Part shown: positions 55,845-64,000 of the stretch, piece after piece
Numbering within the stretch: the stretch's first letter is position 1
How the letters are laid out: each line of letters begins with the position of its first letter
From: Candidatus Aminicenantales bacterium
GTDB taxonomy: Bacteria; Acidobacteriota; Aminicenantia; Aminicenantales; UBA4085
Direction: 5' to 3'
DNA length: 64,000 bases
NCBI GenBank assembly: GCA_049515535.1
Contig: JBEKTZ010000007.1
Location: forward strand, 124,001 to 188,000
Notes under the pieces: generated by a model
Seen by the model: only the letters and a program-made list of their open reading frames with translations
Database searches by the model: none
What the model was told of the DNA's origin: nothing
Translations under genes and position numbers: made by a program

Positions 55845-56957
55845 ATGGAAAGCAAGCCCCTCCGATCGAAACCGGAGAGAGGCTGGCTGGACCGGCTGCC
55901 CAAAGTCGAGCTCCACGTCCATCTCGAAGGCGCCATCCCTCACGAAGCTCTCTGGAAACTTGTCCAAAAATACGGCGGAGATCCGGCCGTCCCGGACCTC
56001 GAGGCGCTGAAGAAAAAGTTCGAATATCGCGATTTCGTCCAGTTCATCGAGACCTGGGCCTGGAAAAACCGGTTCCTCCGGGAATACGAGGATTTTGCGT
56101 TCATCGCCGAGGCGGCGGCGCGTGACTTTGTCCGCCAGAATATCCGCTACGCGGAGGCTTTTTTCTCGCCGGCGGATTTCTCCAGCCGCGGCCTCCGGCC
56201 CCAGGAGCTGGCCCAGGCCGTTCGCCGCGGCCTGGCCCGGGTTCCCGGAACTCGCGTCGCCCTTGTCGCCGATCTTGTCCGCGACCACGGCCCGGAACAA
56301 GCTGCCGTCACGCTCGCCCAGGTTCGCGAGGTCCGGGATCAGGGCGTGATCGGCATCGGGATCGGGGGGTCGGAACATGAATTTCCGCCCGAGCCGTTCG
56401 CCGGAATTTATAAGGAAGCCCGACGTCTGGGATTTCGCACCAGCGCGCATGCGGGCGAGGCGGCCGGAGCCGAAAGCGTATGGGGAGCCGTGCGTGTCTT
56501 GGGCGCGGAGCGGATCGGCCACGGCACCCGCGCGGGCGAGGACGAGGCTCTGATCGATGACCTCGCCGAACGGAGGATCCCGCTCGAAATGTGCCCGCTG
56601 TCCAATCTCAGGACCGGGGTCATCGGAGCCCTCGAGAATCACCCCATCCGGCGCTTTTTCGATCGGGGCGTCATCGTCACGGTCAACACCGACGACCCGG
56701 CGATGTTCGGGAACTCGCTTGCCGACGAATATCTCGGGCTGATGGAAGTCTTCCATTTTTCCAGAGACGAAATCCGGACGCTCATCCTTCAGGCCGTCCG
56801 GGCTTCCTGGCTGACGGAAACCGAAAAGCTGACCCTCTCCGGATCTTTTTGTCGCGATCCGGCCTGGATGGAAATGGAGGCGGGACGTCGACGGATTTCC
56901 CATGGGCCGCACCGTGAGCCGGAACAGGCCTGGGCTGACGGGAATAAAAAAGAATGA
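55845..56957 (+). CDS. add: Adenosine/adenine deaminase
   Basis: PKVELHVHLEG, HAGE, RIGHG, CPLSN, NTDDP. Confidence 0.92.
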   Translation: MESKPLRSKPERGWLDRLPKVELHVHLEGAIPHEALWKLVQKYGGDPAVPDLEALKKKFEYRDFVQFIETWAWKNRFLREYEDFAFIAEAAARDFVRQNIRYAEAFFSPADFSSRGLRPQELAQAVRRGLARVPGTRVALVADLVRDHGPEQAAVTLAQVREVRDQGVIGIGIGGSEHEFPPEPFAGIYKEARRLGFRTSAHAGEAAGAESVWGAVRVLGAERIGHGTRAGEDEALIDDLAERRIPLEMCPLSNLRTGVIGALENHPIRRFFDRGVIVTVNTDDPAMFGNSLADEYLGLMEVFHFSRDEIRTLILQAVRASWLTETEKLTLSGSFCRDPAWMEMEAGRRRISHGPHREPEQAWADGNKKE

Positions 56958-57017
56958 AACTTCGTCTAAATATCGGTGTTATAAGAGATAGGACGAAGAT
57001 CAGGTTTGGAGGCCGTG

Positions 57018-57920
57018 ATGAAAAAGACTCCTCGAACGAACAAGTCCGTTTTTTGCTCGGCGGCCTTTCCGGCGGCCGGGCTCGCTTTGTTGTGGATTCT
57101 GGGCTTTTCGGGATGCAAGACGTTTAATTGGTACGAGACGGAAAGCCGCCCGAGGAGCCGGCCGATCGTCATCGACGGCAAAAGCGATGACTGGCAGGGT
57201 GATCTTTTCGTCGTGGAAGGCGAACGCGTCTCGGCCGGCTTCCTGAACGACGGGAAGTATCTGTATGTCTGCTTTCTCACTTCGGATGCCGCGATCCGCT
57301 ACCAGATCATGATGCTGGGATTCACGATCTGGTTCGATCCGAAAGGAGGAAAGGAGAAAGCGTTCGGCATCAAGTACCCCGTCGGGTCGCAGCCGGGACA
57401 ACAGTCGGCGCCGAAGATGGGGGCCGGAGGGGAGATGGCCTTCGATGATCTTCCCGGAGCGCCTTTGGCCGAGTTGGAAATCATCAAGTCGGAGAAAGAA
57501 GCGCCCGTGAAGATGAAGATCGAAGAGGCCAAAGGGATCGAGATCAAAGGGACTTCTTCGACGGGGCTATTCGTCTATGAGCTCAAGATTCCGCTCATGT
57601 CCGACGGAGAATCCGTGTTGGCCCTCGGGACGCCGCCCGGAAAAACGGTCGGCATCGGATTCGAAACGGGCAAGTTCGATGCTTCAAAAATGCCCAAGAA
57701 CAACCAAGGGGGAATACCACAGGGGGCGAATCGGCCTCCGACGGGCGGGATGGCCGGCCGCGGGGGCATGGGCGGCGGCCGCACGGGCACGGCTTTGCTC
57801 GAAACTCTGAAAGTCTGGGCCGTCGTTCAGCTGGCGCCGGGACCGGGCGCTCCGGTCAATTTGGAGGGGGAACCCGCTTCGCGCTTCCCCCTTCCAACGG
57901 GCACCGGGAAGACCCGGTAG
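57018..57920 (+). CDS. Hypothetical lipoprotein
   Basis: Lipobox FSGC; IDG..DDW; YELKIPL; Gly-rich tail. Confidence 0.7.
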   Translation: MKKTPRTNKSVFCSAAFPAAGLALLWILGFSGCKTFNWYETESRPRSRPIVIDGKSDDWQGDLFVVEGERVSAGFLNDGKYLYVCFLTSDAAIRYQIMMLGFTIWFDPKGGKEKAFGIKYPVGSQPGQQSAPKMGAGGEMAFDDLPGAPLAELEIIKSEKEAPVKMKIEEAKGIEIKGTSSTGLFVYELKIPLMSDGESVLALGTPPGKTVGIGFETGKFDASKMPKNNQGGIPQGANRPPTGGMAGRGGMGGGRTGTALLETLKVWAVVQLAPGPGAPVNLEGEPASRFPLPTGTGKTR

Positions 57921-58034
57921 CCCTGCCTCCCCTTCTCGCCCTATGCTCCGCATAGGACTGCGACCAAGGGGGCGGCTCCCCCTTGGATCCCTCTACGAGC
58001 GGTTCCCCGTGGCAAGCCACGGGGAACCGCTCGT
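57861..58034. repeat. Cluster of five tandem hairpins
   Basis: Includes ccaaggggg/cccccttgg and perfect 19-bp arms at 57995-58034. Confidence 0.75.
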
Positions 58035-58250
58035 CATCTGATCAAGATCAATTCCGTCTGCGGCGTGGACAGTCCATCGACGCCGTCCCCGGTCACGACG
58101 ACCATATCTTCGATGGTGATGATTCCGCGGCCGGGCACGGCCAGGCGAGGCTCGATCGTGAAAACCATGCCTTCCTCCAGACGCCGGAACGGCTTCTGAG
58201 CGTATTTATCCCACGGCGGGCCCAGGAGCGCGGTGCCGTCGTGGGGAAAC
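58034..58250 (-). pseudogene. C-terminal remnant of an M24 (Xaa-Pro) peptidase
   Basis: Hand translation PHDGTALLGPPWDKY...LEEGMVFTIEP...TIEDMVVVTGDG..LSTPQTELILIR*; N-terminal part absent. Confidence 0.75.
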
Positions 58251-58365
58251 CAATCCGCCGTCCCGATTTTTTTTGATATATTCCTGATTTCGATCTGGAT
58301 GGACGCGATCGAAATTCCTTTATTTGCGCGTCCATTTATAATAGATTGTTAGGGGAGCGCGTGCG

Positions 58366-59847
58366 ATGAAAAAAACAGGACTAGGGTTTTTCCTCTGCCT
58401 GGGTCTCATCCTCGCGGCCGTGGCCGCGGCCCAAACGCCGAAACCGGCCCGGTCCGAAATCCAGGTCGTTCTCACCGGCGATTACGCCGATCCGTCGATC
58501 ATCCGCGTCGGCGATGATTTTTACATGACCCATTCGTCGTATAGCTATATGCCGGGGCTGTTGATTTGGCATTCGAGGGATCTCTTGAAATGGGATCGTC
58601 TCGGTTATGCCCTGCATAAATTCGTCGGCGACGTCTGGGCGCCCGATTTTGTCCATTATCAGAACAAGTTCTACATTTATTTTCCGGCGGCGCGGACCAA
58701 CTGGGTTGTGACGGCCGACAGGCCCGAAGGGCCGTGGAGCGACCCGGTCGATCTTCATTTCGGGGGGATCGATCCGGGGCATATCGCGACGCCCGGGGGC
58801 AGACGTTACTTGTATGTGGACGGAGGCCGGGTCACCGAACTCTCGGTGGACGGCCTTTCGGTCGTCGGCAAACCCAAGAGCGTCTATGAAGGGTGGAAGT
58901 ATCCGGACGATTGGGTCGTCGAAGGCTTCTACCCGGAGTCGCCCAAGCTCATCTATAAGGACGGATATTATTATCTGACGACGGCGGAGGGTGGGACGGC
59001 CGGGCCCTCGACGAGCCATATGGTCGTCAGCGCCCGGTCGAAAAGCCCTCTCGGCCCATGGAAGAACAGCCCGTTCAACCCGATCATCCACACGTGGAGC
59101 CGGATGGAAAAATACTGGTCGAAGGGTCACGGCACGATTTTCGCGGACGCGGCCGGGCAGTGGTACATCGTCTATCACGGCTACGAGAACGGCTACGCGC
59201 CGCTGGGCCGGAATACGCTGATCGAGCCCATCGAATGGACGAAGGACGGCTGGTTCAAGGCCGTCCGCGAGCCGAGGATCGAAAGCGCCGTCCGCACGTT
59301 CAAGAATGTCACGATCGAGCCGGATGATTTTTCGGGGGCGGAGCTCAAGCTTCAATGGCAGTTTTCCGGCCCCGGCGCGTTCGAAACCTTCATTTTAAAA
59401 AACGGCGTCTTAAAATTGACGGCCGTGCCCGAGCAGTTCCGCGCGCTCCACTGCACGGTCGGCCGCCATGCCTACGAGGCGTCCGTGATGCTGAGCGAGG
59501 AGGGCGACGTCGAAGCGGGCCTTGCCGTCTATTACAACAACAAGATGTTTGCCGGGATCGGGATGAAAGGCGGCGCGGTGTTCGGCTATGCCAAAGGCGT
59601 GGGGCCCCACGGCTCCAAAATCAAGGCCCCGACCGCCAAATATCTGAAAATCCGGTTGGTCGACTTCGACCTCCAGGTGTTTTACGGCGATAACGGGAAA
59701 ACATGGAAGCCCTATCCGAATTCCCTGGACGTTTCCGGCTATCACCATAACGCGCTGGGAGGGTTCTCCAGCTTGAAGATCGGGATCTTCGTCAAGGGCA
59801 AAGGCTCCGTGACGATCGATGATTTCCGATATACGGCTTTAGATTAG
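58366..59847 (+). CDS. Glycoside hydrolase family 43 (xylosidase/arabinofuranosidase-like)
   Basis: Signal peptide; ADPSI, WAP, IDP, ESPK, AEGGTAG, GHG. Confidence 0.92.
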   Translation: MKKTGLGFFLCLGLILAAVAAAQTPKPARSEIQVVLTGDYADPSIIRVGDDFYMTHSSYSYMPGLLIWHSRDLLKWDRLGYALHKFVGDVWAPDFVHYQNKFYIYFPAARTNWVVTADRPEGPWSDPVDLHFGGIDPGHIATPGGRRYLYVDGGRVTELSVDGLSVVGKPKSVYEGWKYPDDWVVEGFYPESPKLIYKDGYYYLTTAEGGTAGPSTSHMVVSARSKSPLGPWKNSPFNPIIHTWSRMEKYWSKGHGTIFADAAGQWYIVYHGYENGYAPLGRNTLIEPIEWTKDGWFKAVREPRIESAVRTFKNVTIEPDDFSGAELKLQWQFSGPGAFETFILKNGVLKLTAVPEQFRALHCTVGRHAYEASVMLSEEGDVEAGLAVYYNNKMFAGIGMKGGAVFGYAKGVGPHGSKIKAPTAKYLKIRLVDFDLQVFYGDNGKTWKPYPNSLDVSGYHHNALGGFSSLKIGIFVKGKGSVTIDDFRYTALD

Positions 59848-59930
59848 CCGGGAATCACTTTGAAAAAGACCGATGGAAAGCCGCTGGCCGGCATGTCCGA
59901 GGGGAGACGCGGGATGGCGTCCCCCAGGAT

Positions 59931-61892
59931 CTAGATTCCCAGGTCTTCGAGCTTCGCGTCCGGAACGACGCCGTCCTTCGTCCAGCCCTGGTACTCAAAG
60001 TAGGCATCGAGGATCTCGTTGTAATATTTCAGGTCGACGGCCTTTCCCTTATGCGCTCCGCCCGTCATGGGAACCGTCAGCTTGGGCGGAACGTAGGCGT
60101 CGTAAGCGCGCGTTCGCCCCTGCCCGTTGTTGATGTGCCGCTCGAGATTATAGATCCTCTGGCCGCATTTCTTCATGGATTCCGGCGTGTACTCGAAGCC
60201 GGTCAGCGCGCGATAAAGCGAGAGGAACAAATCCGACGTGTTGTCTTCCGTGAAGAAATCGCACAGACCCTTGGAATCGATGAGCGCTTTTCCGACCTGC
60301 CCGCCGCCGACATAGGCGGCCAGGTTCCCGGCGCCCGTGAGTCCGCCTTCTTCGGCCTGGATGGTCCATGCGTATGTGTGGTCGCCGCGGCCGCGGTTCG
60401 ATGTTCCGTAAGCCGCGTGCATTCCGGGGAACGCTTTCGGCTCGACGCCGGCATAGCCCAGCCCGCCGAACGCCGTCGTGACGCACCGGGCGATGTCCTC
60501 GAGGCCGGCGCCCGCGTTGGCCGCTCCGACGTCGGCCACGACGCGGTCGGAATATCGGCCGAGAATGTCCCCCAGATCGTCGGATCGATAAGCGATCGCT
60601 TTCAGTGTCCGGACCATGTCCGGCGCATTGCCGAACTTCGGCGCTCCCGCGAAGGTTTTCAAAAATCCTTTTTCCTCGAGCTCCATGGCTCCGGCCATGA
60701 CGCTGCCCAGCGTCATCGTATCGAGGCCGAGCTCGTTGCACAAATAATTCAGATGGAAGATCGCGTCACGGTCGAGGATGCAGCAGTTGATCCAAAGGGC
60801 GATGGTCTCGAACTCCGGCCGCACCCCTTCCCCCGAGTAGGGGCCGCTTCTGACTTTCGCCGACCGCGTGCACATGACGTGGCGGCAGCGGTTGCAGACG
60901 TTGTGCTTCCCTGAGATCTCGAGGAAAGCGTCGGTGCCGACTTTGGCCTGGTCCTCGGGCGCGAACCAGCCCTCGTCGAAGTTGTGCCAGGGGAGATATC
61001 CTCCCTGCCGGCCCAGGTATTTGCCGTTGAAAGCGCGGTCGAGCCACCAGGTCGTCCCGGTCGTCGGACGGAAGGAGGCCGTCCATTTGGGATCGCCGAC
61101 ATGCGTTTTGACCTGGGCGTCGATCTCCTTGGCCAGCCGGGCGAATTCCTCGGCGTTGAAATACGAGGTCGCCTCGCGTCCGTAAGCGGTGACGGCGACG
61201 AGGTTCTTCGAGCCAAAGATCGCGCCCGCGCCTCCGCGGCCGAAGTTCCGGTGATGGTCGCCCGTCAAACAGGCGAAGGCGACCTGGTTCCATCCGGCCG
61301 GCCCCAGGCACATCGTCGAGGAGCCGGGATATTTCCGGGTCAGGAAATCCGTGATGGCCGACGCGGTGCGCGCGATTTTTTTGCCGTCGACGATCTCGAA
61401 CAACTCCTCTTCGGCGTCGAGGATCTCGACCTTGCCTTCGGCAGCCAGGACGCGCGAGGGTTTGGCGGCGCGGCCGTCGATGATCAAGTGATCGAGCCCC
61501 GCCCGTTTCAGCATGTTCGGGAAGAGACCCCCGGCGCTCGAATGGGTGAGCATGCCGAAGACGGGCTGGTGGCCGGGGATCCAGGGCGCGTTTTGGGGAG
61601 AGCGGGTCATGGGGCTTATGAACGAGCACGAACCGCGTCCCGCGGTCGGAACGGCGGTGTCGTTCAGCGCGGCGGTCCCGATCACGATCCGGTTTAAGGG
61701 GGAGAGCGGATCTTTCAGCGGGCCGGTTTTTTGAAGATGGCCATGGATGAGACGGGCTTGGACGCCCCGGCCTCCGATATAATCGCGATAAACCGCGGGG
61801 TCGGCGGGTTCGACGCGGACCGTGCGGTTCGTGAGGTCTATGCGGGCCCAACGACCCTTGTATCCGTAACTGCCCTTCCCTGAATCGGCCAT
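59931..61892 (-). CDS. Aldehyde:ferredoxin oxidoreductase family (tungstopterin) protein
   Basis: YIGGRG, GR.G.GA.FGSKNL, CxxCxxxxC, PEFET, ELGLD, SNRG..H, DSKGLC. Confidence 0.9.
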   Translation of the reverse strand: MADSGKGSYGYKGRWARIDLTNRTVRVEPADPAVYRDYIGGRGVQARLIHGHLQKTGPLKDPLSPLNRIVIGTAALNDTAVPTAGRGSCSFISPMTRSPQNAPWIPGHQPVFGMLTHSSAGGLFPNMLKRAGLDHLIIDGRAAKPSRVLAAEGKVEILDAEEELFEIVDGKKIARTASAITDFLTRKYPGSSTMCLGPAGWNQVAFACLTGDHHRNFGRGGAGAIFGSKNLVAVTAYGREATSYFNAEEFARLAKEIDAQVKTHVGDPKWTASFRPTTGTTWWLDRAFNGKYLGRQGGYLPWHNFDEGWFAPEDQAKVGTDAFLEISGKHNVCNRCRHVMCTRSAKVRSGPYSGEGVRPEFETIALWINCCILDRDAIFHLNYLCNELGLDTMTLGSVMAGAMELEEKGFLKTFAGAPKFGNAPDMVRTLKAIAYRSDDLGDILGRYSDRVVADVGAANAGAGLEDIARCVTTAFGGLGYAGVEPKAFPGMHAAYGTSNRGRGDHTYAWTIQAEEGGLTGAGNLAAYVGGGQVGKALIDSKGLCDFFTEDNTSDLFLSLYRALTGFEYTPESMKKCGQRIYNLERHINNGQGRTRAYDAYVPPKLTVPMTGGAHKGKAVDLKYYNEILDAYFEYQGWTKDGVVPDAKLEDLGI

Positions 61893-61961
61893 GTTGACTC
61901 CTTGCGCTATGATGATATGGGAAGTATAGGAAGATCCGCCGCGCGGGGCAAGGCGGAATAT

Positions 61962-63455
61962 TCATTTTCGGCGATAGATGTCCACGCCCAGAAACTCGCG
62001 CGGCATGTTCCTGACGAATGTGAAGTCTTCGTCGAGATAGGCCTGGAAAGCGGGATAGTCTATGAGATTTTTGAGATGATGGGCCGGGCCGGATGTTTCG
62101 ACCAGGATCAATTTGACGTTATGGCTCTCGCACTCGTTTCGAATATTGACGGCCGTGATCTGGCCGCTCCGGGTCATGGCCCCGGAGACATCCACGAGGC
62201 GGGGAGGGCAGGGCCGGCGGGCCAAGAAATTGATTCCCGGATCGTCGCCGAAGACGTAATCCCCGGCCGAAGTATTGTCTCCGACAAAAGCCGCCAAAGC
62301 CCGCGTGTCCTGATCGAAAGCGCGGAGCTTCTTCAAATTGAACGCCGGGCCGAGGCTGAGCAGGATGAGGACGGCCGCGACGGGGAAAAGATAATATTTC
62401 AGCTTTTTCCTGGAGCCGATGCCGGCCACGCCGTCCCCGAAAAAGAAGGCCAGCGGGACGAAGGCGAAGACGATGTAGCGCAGGAAGAATGTCCCGGGAA
62501 TCAAAACCTGAACGAGGACGGTGAGCGTCATGAAGAAAAGCAGGGTCCGCTTTTTATCTTTGAAGACGGGCGAGGCGAAGAGGCCCGCGATCGCCAGAGG
62601 GATGAGCCCGTAATCGTGGTTCCCGATGAACTGGGCAAGCCGGACGAACGGAAGCGCCGCGTACCGTGAGAACGGGATTTTCTCCTTGGCCAGGTGGAAG
62701 CCGAGCGTCGCGTGATAGGTCCCGGGAACGAAAATGACGAAGAGGGCATAAATGAGTCCGAAGGCCAGGAGGAAGCCCGCCATCGCGGCGGCGGCTTTTC
62801 GCCGGAGCTGAGGCCCGACGCCTTTTTTGTCATGGGATCGCAGCCATAGATAAAGCAAAAACGATAGATAGCCCCCCAAGAGCAGGACGGCGTTGAGCTT
62901 AGCCAGGGTCGCGAGTCCCGCGAACGCTCCGAAAAAAAACGCCGCCGGCAGCCGGTTGTTCAGGCCATCGCCGGCTTCCGACTTCAGGGCGAAATAGAGC
63001 GCGGCGGTCGAGAAAAAAAGCATGGCGTTGTCCGGCATGAACATCCGCCCCAGGAAATAAATGTGCTTCGTGAAGAGAAAAACGGCCGCCGCGAGAAAAG
63101 CGAGCTCGGCGCTGAAATGGAAGAATTTCCGGGAGGCGCGGATGATCAGATAGGCCGTTCCCAGAATGAAGAGAAACGACAGAGCGCGGACTGCCGGGAC
63201 CGTCGCTCCGAAGATTTTGAATACCGCTGCCCCGAGATAGAAGCTCGCCGGCGCCTGGGAAACGAAGAAATCGCGGTAGGGGACATCGCCGAGACTGACG
63301 CGCCAGGAACTGTAGAGATAGGTTCCTTCGTCGTCGTTCATCAAATCTCCGCCCAGGTTGTAGAAGCCCATGAACAGAGCGAGAAGGACGAGCGCTGCGG
63401 GAAAAAGAACGGAGAGAAGCCGCCGATGACGAAGGGGAGCCGGGATCGAGCTCAT
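61962..63455 (-). CDS. GT-C glycosyltransferase (ArnT/PMT, GT39-like)
   Basis: DDEGTY, PYRDF, multiple transmembrane segments. Confidence 0.8.
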   Translation of the reverse strand: MSSIPAPLRHRRLLSVLFPAALVLLALFMGFYNLGGDLMNDDEGTYLYSSWRVSLGDVPYRDFFVSQAPASFYLGAAVFKIFGATVPAVRALSFLFILGTAYLIIRASRKFFHFSAELAFLAAAVFLFTKHIYFLGRMFMPDNAMLFFSTAALYFALKSEAGDGLNNRLPAAFFFGAFAGLATLAKLNAVLLLGGYLSFLLYLWLRSHDKKGVGPQLRRKAAAAMAGFLLAFGLIYALFVIFVPGTYHATLGFHLAKEKIPFSRYAALPFVRLAQFIGNHDYGLIPLAIAGLFASPVFKDKKRTLLFFMTLTVLVQVLIPGTFFLRYIVFAFVPLAFFFGDGVAGIGSRKKLKYYLFPVAAVLILLSLGPAFNLKKLRAFDQDTRALAAFVGDNTSAGDYVFGDDPGINFLARRPCPPRLVDVSGAMTRSGQITAVNIRNECESHNVKLILVETSGPAHHLKNLIDYPAFQAYLDEDFTFVRNMPREFLGVDIYRRK

Positions 63456-63463
63456 TCAGGGAA

Positions 63464-63492
63464 GTTATAGTGCTCGGGCCTCGTCAAGTCAA
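63464..63492 (-). promoter_or_regulatory. Sigma70-like promoter 8 nt before the GT39 start
   Basis: TTGACT-N17-TATAAC. Confidence 0.6.
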
Positions 63493-63628
63493 GCTCGTCC
63501 CCGAAACTGGACTGCGGTCAGAACCGCGCTCATTTGTCGTAATGCAGGAATTCGATCGGCGCGCCGTTGTGGACGATGAAGGCCACCGTATGGCTTTACC
63601 GACGTCCGAGGCCTCGCCGCACGGAGTC

Positions 63629-64000
63629 TTAAAAACCGAGTTTCAAGGCCAAACGAAACGCGAGATCGTTCAAATTCAGGGATGAGGAATTTCTTCGATT
63701 TTCCTGCGGCTGACAGAAAGCCCCGCTTTGTAAAGAATTCAACAAACGCTGCCAAGCATCGTTATCCGAGGAATTGAATCTCCGCCCGAGCGCTTCGACG
63801 ATATTCAAGAGGTCCTCGACGGCCGTCTGCGTCTGCGATAGCGGCTTCACCAAGCCGTGGAATTCAGCGAAGCGGTAGCCGCCTTCGGCCACGAGCTGCA
63901 ACCCCTGGGCGAGGCGATATTCGACGCCGAGGCCGGCCTGGCCGCCCCAGGCGTTTTTATGCTGCATCGGGGAATCTCCATGAAACGAACCGAGGTAGAA
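63629..64000 (-). CDS. Outer-membrane beta-barrel protein, C-terminal part (runs off the window)
   Basis: Alternating strands GGQAGLGVEY, LVAEGGYR; terminal Phe. Confidence 0.65.
   Translation of the reverse strand, partial: FYLGSFHGDSPMQHKNAWGGQAGLGVEYRLAQGLQLVAEGGYRFAEFHGLVKPLSQTQTAVEDLLNIVEALGRRFNSSDNDAWQRLLNSLQSGAFCQPQENRRNSSSLNLNDLAFRLALKLGF

Noticed and set aside
59890..59930. GC hairpin between the GH43 and AOR genes
   Set aside because: Short stem between convergent genes, most likely an ordinary terminator
1..64000. tRNA, rRNA or riboswitch genes
   Set aside because: No cloverleaf or recognisable conserved RNA motif seen by eye; tRNAscan-SE and Infernal would be needed to exclude them

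Overview
GC-rich bacterial chromosomal window. The gene repertoire resembles an anaerobic diderm such as Ca. Aminicenantes/Acidobacteriota, but this is inference only. In order it contains: the 3' part of aspS; a lower-GC signalling cluster (PAS-PAS kinase, single REC, REC-kinase, REC-PAS-HD-GYP); an M16 peptidase pair; pstSCAB1B2; a ~4.7 kb low-GC accessory island (AbiEi/AbiEii with twin operator palindromes, ArsR cassette between 91-nt palindromic repeats, pRiA4b ORF3, truncated RhuM); phoU and a GT9; a 14 kb phospho-signalling region; then envelope and metabolic genes (AKR, MenA-like, DsbD, Dcp, Nudix, DUF5916, Add, GH43, AOR, GT39). The best candidate for a new system is an operon encoding a signal-peptide-bearing Shewanella-like phosphatase, a secreted pseudokinase, an NTT/TLC nucleotide translocase and two secreted PI4K2/Fam20-like kinases. 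It is flanked by RsbW, STAS, two NTT-HEAT fusions and an FHA-GAF-PP2C, which suggests ATP-fed extracytoplasmic phosphorylation. Also notable: a modular palindromic mini-element (63/102/165 nt, always a multiple of 3) inserted in-frame in two genes and nested in itself, cassette-like 91-nt repeats, and a PstB pair with complementary degeneracy. No rRNA, tRNA, CRISPR array, integrase or transposase gene was seen. All calls come from reading motifs by eye; no searches were run.
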